A DNA stretch of 64,000 nucleotides from an uncultured Gemmatimonadales bacterium (GTDB lineage Bacteria > Gemmatimonadota > Gemmatimonadetes > Gemmatimonadales > GWC2-71-9): the NCBI GenBank assembly GCA_963709905.1, contig CAVPYI010000006.1, positions 148,761 through 212,760 on the forward strand. Reading direction: 5' to 3'. Both the position numbers and the translations under genes were made by a program. Shown here piece by piece: positions 55,386 through 64,000 of the stretch; within the stretch, counting starts at the first letter, position 1, and every line of letters begins with the position of its first letter. The notes under the pieces were generated by a model. That model saw nothing but the letters and a program-made list of their open reading frames with translations, was not told the origin of the DNA and made no database searches.

Positions 55386-56143
55386 CATCGCCTCCCCCGA
55401 AGAAACGGGCCTCGCCGGGCCGGACGACCCGGCCGAGCACCACCCCGCGGGACGAGCCGCCACCGCCCCCGCCACTGCTCCCGATCACGCTGGTCGTCGG
55501 CACCAATACCGACGTCGGCAAGACCTGGGTTACCTGCGCGATCGCCCGGGCCCTGCGCGATCTCGGGCAGCAGGTGTTGGCCGTCAAGCCGATCGAAACC
55601 GGGGTCGGCGAGGAGCCGAGTCCCACGGAGGATGGCGCCCTGCTCGCGGCCGCCACCGGCCAGACCGGGCCGAAGCGGGCCCTGATCCGGCTGCCGGGCA
55701 AGCTCGGACCCGCCATCGCGGCGGACCAGGCGAGCGTGACGATCGACTACGACGATCTTATCGCGCGGCTTCGCAGCCTGGCGACGCCGGACACCCTGCT
55801 GCTGGTGGAAGGCTCGGGCGGCCTGCTCTCGCCCCTGACCTGGTCCGACAACCACCTGGATCTGGCCCACAGCCTGGAGGCCCGGGTGCTGATCGTGGCG
55901 GCCGACCAGCTGGGGACCATCAGTCACACGCTGCTCGCGCTCCGGGTCCTCCTGGCCGAGAAGATCCCGGTGCTTGGAGTGGTGCTGAATCAGGCGGGTG
56001 AGCCGGATGAATCCACCCGGACCAACGCCAGCGCCATCGCACGGCTGGCGGACCACACGCCCGTCGTGACGGTGCCTCGGCTCACCGACCCGGTTCGCGC
56101 CGCCGAGGCGGTGAAGGAGGTCGCCGGCTGGCTGCTGCCCTGA
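55382..56143 (+). CDS. bioD: dethiobiotin synthase
   Basis: P-loop GTNTDVGKTWVT and KPIETG. ATGA overlap with the bioA remnant. Pro-rich N-terminal extension of about 35 aa. Confidence 0.85.
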   Translation: MTSPPPKKRASPGRTTRPSTTPRDEPPPPPPLLPITLVVGTNTDVGKTWVTCAIARALRDLGQQVLAVKPIETGVGEEPSPTEDGALLAAATGQTGPKRALIRLPGKLGPAIAADQASVTIDYDDLIARLRSLATPDTLLLVEGSGGLLSPLTWSDNHLDLAHSLEARVLIVAADQLGTISHTLLALRVLLAEKIPVLGVVLNQAGEPDESTRTNASAIARLADHTPVVTVPRLTDPVRAAEAVKEVAGWLLP

Positions 56144-56144
56144 G

Positions 56145-56807
56145 CTATCCGAGGGGCAGGCTGATCTGACTGACGGGGGAGAAGGAGCGGCGATGGTGCG
56201 GGGTCGGGCCCTGGGATGCGATGGCGCGGCAGTGCTCGTCGGTGGCGTACCCGGCGTTCGAGTCCCAGGCGAATCCCGGATAGCGCGCGGCCAGGCGGCG
56301 CATGAGCGTGTCGCGCACTTCCTTGGCCAGAATGCCGGCCGCCGCGACGGTATAGCAGAGATTGTCGCCGTCCACCAGCGCTTCGTGCGCGAACCCGCAC
56401 TCCGGCATCGGGGTCCCGTCCAGCAGGATGCGAAAATCCGTCGCCCCGCAGGCGAGGGCCCGGGCACGGACCCCCGGAGCATTCACCGCGCGGGTCACGG
56501 CCCGCCGCATGGCCAGCGCCGTGGCCCGGCGGATGTTGAACCGATCGATTTCGCGCACGCTGGCCGCCCCCACCGCCAGGGTGATGGCGGTCAGCCGTAT
56601 CTGGGGCACCAGCAGGGCCCGTTGCCGGGCTGAGAGGGTCTTGCTGTCGCGGAGCCCGGGGATCCGCCTTGCCCCGGCAGGAAAGGCAACGGCCGCGGCC
56701 ACCACTGGACCAGCCAGGGGGCCGCGGCCGACTTCGTCCACGCCGACGAGCAGGGCGCTCGCGGTCCAGGCTTTCCGCTCGCGCGCCAGCGTCGGCTGCC
56801 CGGGCAT
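56145..56807 (-). CDS. rnhB: ribonuclease HII
   Basis: VGVDEVGRGPLAGPVV and DSK motifs. Confidence 0.9.
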   Translation of the reverse strand: MPGQPTLARERKAWTASALLVGVDEVGRGPLAGPVVAAAVAFPAGARRIPGLRDSKTLSARQRALLVPQIRLTAITLAVGAASVREIDRFNIRRATALAMRRAVTRAVNAPGVRARALACGATDFRILLDGTPMPECGFAHEALVDGDNLCYTVAAAGILAKEVRDTLMRRLAARYPGFAWDSNAGYATDEHCRAIASQGPTPHHRRSFSPVSQISLPLG

Positions 56808-56810
56808 CGG

Positions 56811-57167
56811 TCAGTCCTGGGGAACGTCCCGCTTCTCCCGGATGCGAGCGGCCTTGCCGCTCACTTTGCGCAGGTAGTACAGCTTGGCACGACGGACCCG
56901 TCCTTTGCGGACCAGCTCGATCGAGGCCAGGCTCGGGCTGTGCAGCGGAAAGACCCGCTCCACCCCCACGCCCGCGGAGATCTTGCGGACGCGGAAGGTC
57001 TCGTTGATCCCCCCGCCCCGGCGGCCCATGCAGAGCCCTTCGAAGGCCTGCAGCCGCTCCTTGTCGCCCTCGCGCACGCGCACCAGGACCTTGATGGTAT
57101 CTCCCGGATTGAACTGCGGGATATCCGTCCGAAGGCCCTCGCGGGCCACCTCCGCCATCCGTTCCAT
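56811..57167 (-). CDS. rplS: 50S ribosomal protein L19
   Basis: [29 protein letters not shown].... GAGGAGG RBS before the ATG at 57167. Confidence 0.95.
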   Translation of the reverse strand: MERMAEVAREGLRTDIPQFNPGDTIKVLVRVREGDKERLQAFEGLCMGRRGGGINETFRVRKISAGVGVERVFPLHSPSLASIELVRKGRVRRAKLYYLRKVSGKAARIREKRDVPQD

Positions 57168-57235
57168 TCGTTCCTCCTCCGCTCGCGGGACCTCGGGTCC
57201 CGCTCGTGCCGTCGCCGACGCCAGCCTGGGCGCCA

Positions 57236-57934
57236 TCAGTCCGCTTCTGCCCGATATTCCGCCCACAGGTCCGGCCGCCGCTCCCGGGTGAGCCGTTCCG
57301 CCTCCGCCTGCCGCCACGCCGCGATCTCGGCGTGATTCCCCGAGAGCAGCACCTCGGGAACTGCCCGGCCCCGGTACTCCGGGGGCCTGGTGTAACTCGG
57401 TGGGCTCAGCAATCCCTCGGCGTGCGAGTCGCTGGCGGCGGACTCGTGATCGCCCAGCACGCCTGGGAGGAGCCTGACCACCGCGTCGATCACCGCGATC
57501 GCGGCCGGCTCACCGCCCGACAGGACGAAATCCCCGAGCGACAGTTCTTCGGTCGCCAGCCCGTCCGCCACCCGCTGGTCCACGTCCTTGTAGTGGCCGC
57601 AGAGCAGGGTGAGCCGATCGCCCAGCGAGAGCCGTACCGCGTCCGGGTGCCGGAATCGCCGGCCGCGGGCCGAGAGCAGCACGATGGGACCCCGCCGGCT
57701 TTCCGGGTCGAGCGTCGCCACCGCCTCGTAGAACGGCTCGGGCTTGAGCACCATCCCGGCTCCGCCGCCATACGGGTAATCGTCCACCGTCTGGTGCCGG
57801 TCGTGGGTGAAGGTCCGCAACTGCACCAGCGCGAATCGCACCTTGCCGGCCGCCTGGGCGCGTCCCGGGATGCTCGCCCCGAGATAGGGCGCGATGACCT
57901 CCGGAAACAGCGAGACCACGTTGATCAGCATCAT
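57236..57934 (-). CDS. trmD: tRNA (guanine37-N1)-methyltransferase
   Basis: [24 protein letters not shown] and [11 protein letters not shown] motifs. Confidence 0.95.
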   Translation of the reverse strand: MMLINVVSLFPEVIAPYLGASIPGRAQAAGKVRFALVQLRTFTHDRHQTVDDYPYGGGAGMVLKPEPFYEAVATLDPESRRGPIVLLSARGRRFRHPDAVRLSLGDRLTLLCGHYKDVDQRVADGLATEELSLGDFVLSGGEPAAIAVIDAVVRLLPGVLGDHESAASDSHAEGLLSPPSYTRPPEYRGRAVPEVLLSGNHAEIAAWRQAEAERLTRERRPDLWAEYRAEAD

Positions 57935-58016
57935 CGGCGACCAGGCGACATGGCGACCACGCGACGGGTCGTCTCCTCGGCGGGCGGGCCTTGTCGCGCC
58001 TGTCGCCCCCTGCCTC

Positions 58017-58553
58017 CTACAGCTCCAGCAGCCCTTCCGGCAAGGCGACCACCAGCACCCGGTCGCCGCGATGTACCTCTCGCACGAACTCCTTGCGGAA
58101 CGGCAGCAGGAACTCGCGTTTCGGTCCCTGCACTTCGATGGTCAGCCCCGCGGGCAGATCGTACACCTCGGTGACCAGGCCGACCGCCGACCCGTCTTCC
58201 CGGCGCACGGCGAACCCCGCCAGCTCGTGAACGTAGACCTCGTTCTCGCCCGGGGCCGGCAGCTCGTCGGCGGACGCGCCGAGGAACTGCCCCCGCCACT
58301 GCTCCAGGCTGTCGCGGGTGTCGTAGCCGCGGAACTTGACCAGCCACTCCCGGTGAAACGGCCGACTGCGCTCCACGATGACCGGCTCACCGACCAAGGC
58401 GCCTTCGAGACTCATCCGCACCAGGCTACGTCCAACCCCGAACACCTCGGCGGGTTCCGCGGTGAGCGGATACACCGCGCATTCGCCCTTCAGACCATGC
58501 GGCTTGCGGAGGCGCCCGACCGCCAGAAAGCGGGGGCGCTCCGGCTCCGTCAC
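58017..58553 (-). CDS. rimM: 16S rRNA processing protein RimM
   Basis: VGRLRKPHGLKGE N-terminus, PRC-barrel C-terminus and operon context. Confidence 0.9.
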   Translation of the reverse strand: MTEPERPRFLAVGRLRKPHGLKGECAVYPLTAEPAEVFGVGRSLVRMSLEGALVGEPVIVERSRPFHREWLVKFRGYDTRDSLEQWRGQFLGASADELPAPGENEVYVHELAGFAVRREDGSAVGLVTEVYDLPAGLTIEVQGPKREFLLPFRKEFVREVHRGDRVLVVALPEGLLEL

Positions 58554-58813
58554 GCCTTCGCGGCCGCGAGCACGCCGGCCCGCTCGAGGATGGCGCGCAC
58601 GGTATCGGTCGGGGTTGCCCCCTTCGCGATCCAGGCCTTGGCCTGATCGGTGTCGAGCGTCACCTTGTCGGCGGCGTTGGCCGCGCGAGGATCGTAGGTG
58701 CCGATCGCCGCCACGAAACGGCCGTCACGGGGCGCGGTCCGATCGGACACCACGATGCGGTAGACCGGAATCCCTTTCCGGCCGACGCGGCGAAGGCGGA
58801 TACGAGTTGCCAT
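58550..58813 (-). CDS. rpsP: 30S ribosomal protein S16
   Basis: MATRIRLRRVGRKGIPVYRIVV. Confidence 0.95.
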   Translation of the reverse strand: MATRIRLRRVGRKGIPVYRIVVSDRTAPRDGRFVAAIGTYDPRAANAADKVTLDTDQAKAWIAKGATPTDTVRAILERAGVLAAAKA

Positions 58814-58861
58814 GGCTGCTCTTTCCTTGCTGTTGGTCGCCCGGTACCGGGAAACCGGTGA

Positions 58862-60202
58862 TTACCTGCCGAACATTCCCGGTCCCTTGCCGAAGGGCAT
58901 TCTCACCCCCGGCTTGCCGGCCGATTTCATGAGCTTCTGCATCTGCTTGAACTGATTCAGCAGCTGATTCACTTCCTGTACGGTGCGGCCCGCGCCCTTC
59001 GCGATCCGCAGGCGTCGCGAGCCGTTGATCACGTCGGGATCGGCTCGTTCCGCGGGCGTCATCGACAGCACGATCGCTTCCACGTGCCGCAGCCGCTGGT
59101 CGTCGAGATTGGCCCCCTGCAGCATCTGGGGTTTGACTCCCGGCAGCATGCCCAGCACGCTCTTGAGCGAGCCCATCTGCTGCATCTGCTTCATGGCGGT
59201 CAGGAAGTCCTGGAGATCCAGGCCCTTCTTGGAGGTCGCCTTCCTGGCCAGCTTCTCCGCCTCGGCGATATCGACCGTCGCCTGGGCCTTCTCGACGAGG
59301 GTGAGGATGTCTCCTTTCTGGAGAATCCGACCCGCCAGCCGGTCCGGACGGAAGGGCTCGAGCTGATCGAGCTTTTCGCCCAGACCGAGATACTTGATCG
59401 GCGCCCCGGTGGCCCCGTAGATCGAGAGCGCCGCACCGCCCCGGGCGTCGCCGTCCATCTTGGTGAGGATCACCCCGGTCACGCCCAGGACCTCGTGGAA
59501 GCCGCTGGCAATGCGCACGGCGTCCTGTCCGGTCATGCCGTCGGCCACCAGCAGGATCTCCCGCGGCTTCACGGCGGCCTTGAGCGCCTTGAGCTCGTCC
59601 ATCATCTCGGCGTCGATCTGCAGGCGGCCGGCGGTGTCCACCAGCACGGTCCGCGCCCGGGCCTTTCCCGCCTCGATGATGCCCCGCCCTACGATGCCGA
59701 TGACGTCCGTGCCGCCGGGCTCCGCGTGACAGCCAACTTCGACCTGCCGGGCCAGAGTGGCCAACTGCTCTACGGCCGCCGGCCGGTAGACGTCCGCCGC
59801 CACCAGGAACGGGGCCTTCTGCTCCAGCTTGAGTCGCCGGGCGAGCTTGCCCGCGGTGGTCGTCTTGCCCGACCCCTGCAATCCCACCAGCAGAATCACC
59901 GTGGGCGGCACCGATGCGAACTCGATCGGCGCCTGTTTCTCCCCCAGCAGCGCTACCAACTCGTCGTACACGATCTTCACCAGCTGATCGCCGGGACGCA
60001 CCGACTTGATCAGCTGAGTCCCGATCGCCCGCTGCTCTACCCGCTCGAGGAACTTCCGAGTGAGATCGAAGCTGACATCCGCTTCGAGCAGCACCCGCCG
60101 GATCTCCCGGAGGCCATCCTTGACCGCATCCTCGGTGAGAACACCCCGCCTGGTGAGCTTGGCGAGCGTGGCCGTGAGTTTGGCGGACAGCTCGTCGAAC
60201 AT
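58862..60202 (-). CDS. ffh: signal recognition particle protein Ffh
   Basis: N and G domains (GLQGSGKTTT, DTAGRL) and a Met-rich M domain. Confidence 0.95.
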   Translation of the reverse strand: MFDELSAKLTATLAKLTRRGVLTEDAVKDGLREIRRVLLEADVSFDLTRKFLERVEQRAIGTQLIKSVRPGDQLVKIVYDELVALLGEKQAPIEFASVPPTVILLVGLQGSGKTTTAGKLARRLKLEQKAPFLVAADVYRPAAVEQLATLARQVEVGCHAEPGGTDVIGIVGRGIIEAGKARARTVLVDTAGRLQIDAEMMDELKALKAAVKPREILLVADGMTGQDAVRIASGFHEVLGVTGVILTKMDGDARGGAALSIYGATGAPIKYLGLGEKLDQLEPFRPDRLAGRILQKGDILTLVEKAQATVDIAEAEKLARKATSKKGLDLQDFLTAMKQMQQMGSLKSVLGMLPGVKPQMLQGANLDDQRLRHVEAIVLSMTPAERADPDVINGSRRLRIAKGAGRTVQEVNQLLNQFKQMQKLMKSAGKPGVRMPFGKGPGMFGR

Positions 60203-60393
60203 AAGCCCCCGAAAATAGAGGGGTTACGTCACTGTGGCAAGGCTGGGACGGAGCTGGCGGAAGCCCGAAACGACCATGAATGGCGGACCCGGTGGAGCGG
60301 GTCGCGTCGAAATGCATCGGGCTGCGTCGCGGTGTTGACGAAGGGGTGAGGCCCGGGTGTTAGCCTCGGGTCGAACCTGCCACTGGAGCCCCC

Positions 60394-60657
60394 GTGAAAC
60401 CCGTCCCGTCGTTACCCACCCCGGCCGATGACCCGCGGACCGACATCGGCGTGCGGGTGGCCGATGCCCTCGCCGAGGCCGTCAGCCACGGCCCGTTCGC
60501 CGCCCTTCGAACCGCACGGTCACTCTCCGACGACGAGCTGCGTCTCGGTCTCGAGTTCGTCAGCACGGTGCTGGAGGTCGCGTCCAGCTCTGCCCGAGCG
60601 ATGGCGGCGGTGCTGGCGGAACGGGGCGACCTGGTGCGGGATACCGCCGTCCACTGA
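60394..60657 (+). CDS. hypothetical small protein (87 aa, GTG start)
   Basis: Open frame with GC-rich third codon positions. No motif. Confidence 0.35.
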   Translation: MKPVPSLPTPADDPRTDIGVRVADALAEAVSHGPFAALRTARSLSDDELRLGLEFVSTVLEVASSSARAMAAVLAERGDLVRDTAVH

Positions 60658-60684
60658 ACCCGCCGGCCCGGGCGCGCGCCGCGA

Positions 60685-61911
60685 TTACGGCACCAGTTCC
60701 ACCGAGGCAATCTGCTTCCAGCCCAGCCATTCGTTGGGTGCGATGACCAGGCGGGTGGCCGGCCGCCCCTGGATCGCCAGGCTGGTGAGTTCCATCCGAT
60801 AGGCGAGGCGACGTCGGGACTCGAGCCGCTGGCCGGTAGTGCCCAGGAACCGGGTCCGGCTGGGCGCATCGTCCCAGACGATGTACCACACCATGGCCGG
60901 CCCCGCCGGGGTCTGGTACACCCGGAAGCGATCGCCGCCCCACCCGTAGGCGATCGGGGTCGCGATTTCGGTGGTCGACGATGCACTGACCAGGTCGGCC
61001 GCGAGCACCCGGATCTCGAACTCCCCCATGACATCCTCGTAGATCACCCGGGGCTCGTCGGCGGTGAAGCGGAGCGCCAGGGGCTGGTCCCCGCGTCCGT
61101 AGCGGTACGGATGCAGGATCTGTTCGGTGGAGACCGGCATCCGGGCGCCGTAGGGCTGGGAGTCGCGGTGCTCCGAGCCATACCACCATCGGAGAAAGTC
61201 CGCGCCAGCCAGGTAGGGAAAGACGATGCTCTCGCGAAGGACCCGCGGCGCCTTGCTGTAGACCGGCATGGTGCGCTGCTGGATCCGGAACTGCTCGCGA
61301 TACGTCTCCCAGAACTCGGGCATCGCGTACAGGTTCTGGTCCGGTACCATGACCTGGAGCCCGGCCAGCGTGGCCTGGCCCTCGAGAATGGCCTGCGCCG
61401 CGGCGAGACGGTCGTTGTCGCCCTTCTGCCGCATGATCGAATCGAGGGGCAGGTACTGGTGCTGGAGGGCGTGGACCAGCTCGTGGGCCACGATCGCCCG
61501 GAGAAACGTGGGCTCGGCGTTGCCGACCACGAACAGCATGGTCGAGTCCGGCTCGTAGTACCCCACGATCTGCTCGGTAAAGAGATCGAGCAGCAGCGTC
61601 CGCAGATCGAGCGAATCGGGGAGCAGCCCCAGGACCCGGTAGGCGGCCTGCAGACCGAGGGCCTTCTCGACGGGCAGCTCCTGATCGAGTTTGTGGAGGA
61701 CGTAGGCTCGCACCTGCTCGCGGGTTCGGACCGCGGACCTGGGGGGCGACCGGAACCGGAGGCCCACCGCCTTCTCGACGGCCGGCACCAGACTGTCCAC
61801 CAGGGCCGTCACGTCGCGGCCGCGGGGCGCGGGCGGGCGGCCGCGGCAGCCAGGCGCGGCGATGGCCAGCATCGCGACGATCAGGGTTGCAGTACGAAGT
61901 TCCGATACCAT
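60685..61911 (-). CDS. putative zinc metalloprotease lipoprotein (HExxH)
   Basis: Lipobox IAAPGC. IVAHELVHALQH motif. I place the start at MVSELRT (ATG 61911). The rest of the listed 632-aa ORF overlaps pilD out of frame. Confidence 0.65.
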   Translation of the reverse strand: MVSELRTATLIVAMLAIAAPGCRGRPPAPRGRDVTALVDSLVPAVEKAVGLRFRSPPRSAVRTREQVRAYVLHKLDQELPVEKALGLQAAYRVLGLLPDSLDLRTLLLDLFTEQIVGYYEPDSTMLFVVGNAEPTFLRAIVAHELVHALQHQYLPLDSIMRQKGDNDRLAAAQAILEGQATLAGLQVMVPDQNLYAMPEFWETYREQFRIQQRTMPVYSKAPRVLRESIVFPYLAGADFLRWWYGSEHRDSQPYGARMPVSTEQILHPYRYGRGDQPLALRFTADEPRVIYEDVMGEFEIRVLAADLVSASSTTEIATPIAYGWGGDRFRVYQTPAGPAMVWYIVWDDAPSRTRFLGTTGQRLESRRRLAYRMELTSLAIQGRPATRLVIAPNEWLGWKQIASVELVP

Positions 61912-62654
61912 GCGATCACGGAGGGGCCTGCGAGCCAGGTGACGGCGGCGCCTATGCTGAGGAATACCCCGAAAGGCACCAGGCGTTTCCGGCCGAGAAA
62001 GGAGAGCGGCACGAAGACCAGCGTGCCCAGTAACGCGCCCAGAAAGACCGTCAACAGCACGCCCTGCCAACCGACAAAGGCGCCGACCATCGCCATCATC
62101 TTGATGTCGCCGCCGCCCATGGCCTCCTCCTTGAACATGCGCGCGCCCAGGGCGCCGACCATCCACAGCAGCGCCAGACCGGTCGCCGCGCCGATCAGGG
62201 CGCTGGCAATGGCGCTGAAGCCGCCGGGAATGCTGAACAGGATGCCCAGCACGAGACCGCCCAGGCTGAACTCGTCCGGGATCAGGTACTCGCGCGCATC
62301 GGTCATGGTGATGCCGAGCAGGATCGTGAAGAACACGGCGCCGGTGAGGCCCGCGAGGGTCGCGCCGTAGTACCACCCCATGAAGGCCCACAACAGGCTG
62401 GTCGTCAGCTCGACCAGCGGGTACTGAATCGAAATCGGGGTCTGGCATCGGCGGCAGCGGCCCCGGAGCAGCAGCCAGGAGACGATCGGGACATTGTCGT
62501 ACCAGGCGATCAGCTCGCCGCACCCGGGGCAACGCGAGCGCGGGCGCACGACCGACTCCTCCCGGGGCCAGCGCAGGATGCACACGTTGAGGAAGCTCCC
62601 CAGCATGGCACCGATCACGCCCATCACGATGATCACGAAGATCTCAGCGGTCAC
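61881..62654 (-). CDS. pilD: type IV prepilin peptidase (A24 family)
   Basis: N-terminal CPGC...CRRC zinc motif, polytopic A24 core with GGGDIK. Confidence 0.9.
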   Translation of the reverse strand: MTAEIFVIIVMGVIGAMLGSFLNVCILRWPREESVVRPRSRCPGCGELIAWYDNVPIVSWLLLRGRCRRCQTPISIQYPLVELTTSLLWAFMGWYYGATLAGLTGAVFFTILLGITMTDAREYLIPDEFSLGGLVLGILFSIPGGFSAIASALIGAATGLALLWMVGALGARMFKEEAMGGGDIKMMAMVGAFVGWQGVLLTVFLGALLGTLVFVPLSFLGRKRLVPFGVFLSIGAAVTWLAGPSVIAWYRNFVLQP

Positions 62655-63447
62655 GGGTCACCTCGTACAGGATGATACCGGCGGCGACCGCCACATTGAG
62701 CGACTCGACCCCTTTCACCAGCGGTACCGCGACCGATCGGGCGGCCGCGGCGGCGAGTTCCGGGCCCACACCCGCCCCTTCGTTTCCGAACACCAGCGCG
62801 ACCGGGCCGGTCCGAGTCACCCGATCGACCGGGGTGCCATCGAGCGTGGTGGTCCACAGCTCGGCTCGTTCGGTGCGAACCCAGCCGATGCAGGCCGCCG
62901 TCTCGGCGTGGACCGCCGGCAGGCGGAAGAGCGCCCCCGCGCTCCCCCGCAACGCTTTGGGATTGGTGAGGTCCGCGGTCCCGGGCAACGCGATCAGCAG
63001 CTCCGCGCCCAGACCCAGGGCGGCCCGCGCCAGTGCGCCGACGTTGCCCGGATCCTGCACCGCGTCGAGCACCAGGATCACGCTGCGCGGTCCCGCCCGG
63101 ATCTCCCCCAGCTGCCACTCCCGGGGCCGGACCACGGCCACGATCCCCTGGGGATGCTGGGTGTCGGCCAGCTGTCCCAGGAGCTCGTCCGCGACCGGTT
63201 CCAGAGGCACGCCTTCCCGGGTGAGTCGTTGTTTCAGCGATGCACCCCGGGATGTAGCTTCCAGCGCCGGAGAAATCGCGGCGCCTTCGATGGACACCCC
63301 GGCCGCCAGAGCCTCCTCCATCAGGCGCACCCCTTCGGCCAGGGTCAGCGAGCGGCGCTCCCGTGCCCGCCGCCGATGGAGATCCCGGATCGTACTGATC
63401 AGCGACACGGCCACCTGGGTGTTCAGGATGAAGATTGCACTCACCAT
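62644..63447 (-). CDS. TrmH/SpoU family RNA 2'-O-methyltransferase
   Basis: SpoU motifs LVFGNEGAGV and ESLNVAVAAGIILYE. The start is uncertain (ATG 63447 or GTG 63414/63408). Confidence 0.85.
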   Translation of the reverse strand: MVSAIFILNTQVAVSLISTIRDLHRRRARERRSLTLAEGVRLMEEALAAGVSIEGAAISPALEATSRGASLKQRLTREGVPLEPVADELLGQLADTQHPQGIVAVVRPREWQLGEIRAGPRSVILVLDAVQDPGNVGALARAALGLGAELLIALPGTADLTNPKALRGSAGALFRLPAVHAETAACIGWVRTERAELWTTTLDGTPVDRVTRTGPVALVFGNEGAGVGPELAAAAARSVAVPLVKGVESLNVAVAAGIILYEVTRDR

Positions 63448-64000
63448 CGCCGGTTCCGACTCCGGCGGCGGCGCGGGAATTCAGGCCGACCTCAAGACAT
63501 TCCATCAGTTCGGTGTGTTCGGCACCAGCGTCGTGGTCGCGGTGACGGCACAGAACACTCGCGGGGTGCGCGCCGTGCACATCGTACCGGACCGGGTGGT
63601 CGGCGATCAACTGGCCGCGCTGGCCGACGACCTGCCGCCTGCCGCGCTCAAGACCGGCATGCTGGCCACCGCCGGGCTGGTGGGCCTGGTCGCGGACGCC
63701 ATCACGGAGCACGGCTGGGCCGGCTTTGTCTGCGACCCTGTGATGGTCGCGACCTCGGGCGACCGGCTGCTCGACCTGTCGGCAGAGACCGTCGTCCGGG
63801 ACCGGCTCGTGCCGCTCGCGGCGATTGTCACCCCCAACCTCGCCGAGGCCGCGATTCTGACCGGACTCGACGTGCGGAACCTGGCGGGCATGGAGGAGGC
63901 CGGCCGCCGGCTGCTCACGTTCGGTGCCCGCGCCGCCCTGATCAAGGGAGGCCATCTCGACGCGGACGTGATGACGGACCTGCTCGTCACGCCGGCGGGC
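63428..64000 (+). CDS. thiD: hydroxymethylpyrimidine/phosphomethylpyrimidine kinase ThiD (3' end beyond the window)
   Basis: My own translation from the ATG at 63428 gives MKIALTIAGSDSGGGAGIQADLKTFHQFGVFGTSVVVAVTAQNT...LKTGMLA...DPVMVATSGD. It is open to the window end and absent from the ORF track. Confidence 0.85.
   Translation, partial: MKIALTIAGSDSGGGAGIQADLKTFHQFGVFGTSVVVAVTAQNTRGVRAVHIVPDRVVGDQLAALADDLPPAALKTGMLATAGLVGLVADAITEHGWAGFVCDPVMVATSGDRLLDLSAETVVRDRLVPLAAIVTPNLAEAAILTGLDVRNLAGMEEAGRRLLTFGARAALIKGGHLDADVMTDLLVTPAG

Noticed and set aside
60203-60393. Possible SRP (4.5S) RNA or other ncRNA in the gap upstream of ffh
   Set aside because: No GGAA/AGCA domain-IV-like motif or extended hairpin is visible. 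The gap is probably just the ffh promoter/leader and the divergent small ORF.

Overview
High-G+C bacterial chromosomal segment. Gene content suggests a Gram-negative, possibly Gemmatimonadota-like organism, but the taxon is only an inference. It is densely packed with housekeeping genes, and many are translationally coupled through ATGA/GTGA overlaps. I support about 58 protein genes, including mfd, lepA, ftsEX plus an M23 activator, nfo, pckG, uvrA, holB, moaC, ilvE, bioD, the ffh-rpsP-rimM-trmD-rplS-rnhB operon, pilD and thiD. There are two tRNAs, Asn-GTT and Lys-TTT, and several hairpin terminators. Two real genes run off the window edges and are missing from the ORF track: a PpiC-type isomerase at 1..1239(-) and thiD at 63428..64000(+). 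Many long ORFs in the track are antisense or out-of-frame artefacts typical of high-GC DNA. There is no CRISPR array, integrase, transposase or recognisable defence operon. The most unusual signal is non-genic. A GC-rich palindromic element is built from tandem 8-bp units (CTCGGCGG/CCGCCGAG). One copy sits in frame inside an ABC exporter ATPase domain. A second copy lies between lepA and a heptosyltransferase gene and supplies that gene's start codon. A solo arm lies inside uvrA. Related heptamer-array elements lie between other genes. Other points of interest are a GHKL-ATPase plus STAS(DUF4325)-wHTH pair embedded in a sugar-kinase/transsulfuration operon, a decayed bioA next to an intact bioD, a frameshift at a G7 tract in a DMT transporter gene, a minor-pilin cluster bracketed by low-GC DNA and tRNA-Asn, and a triple-FHA/PP2C module.
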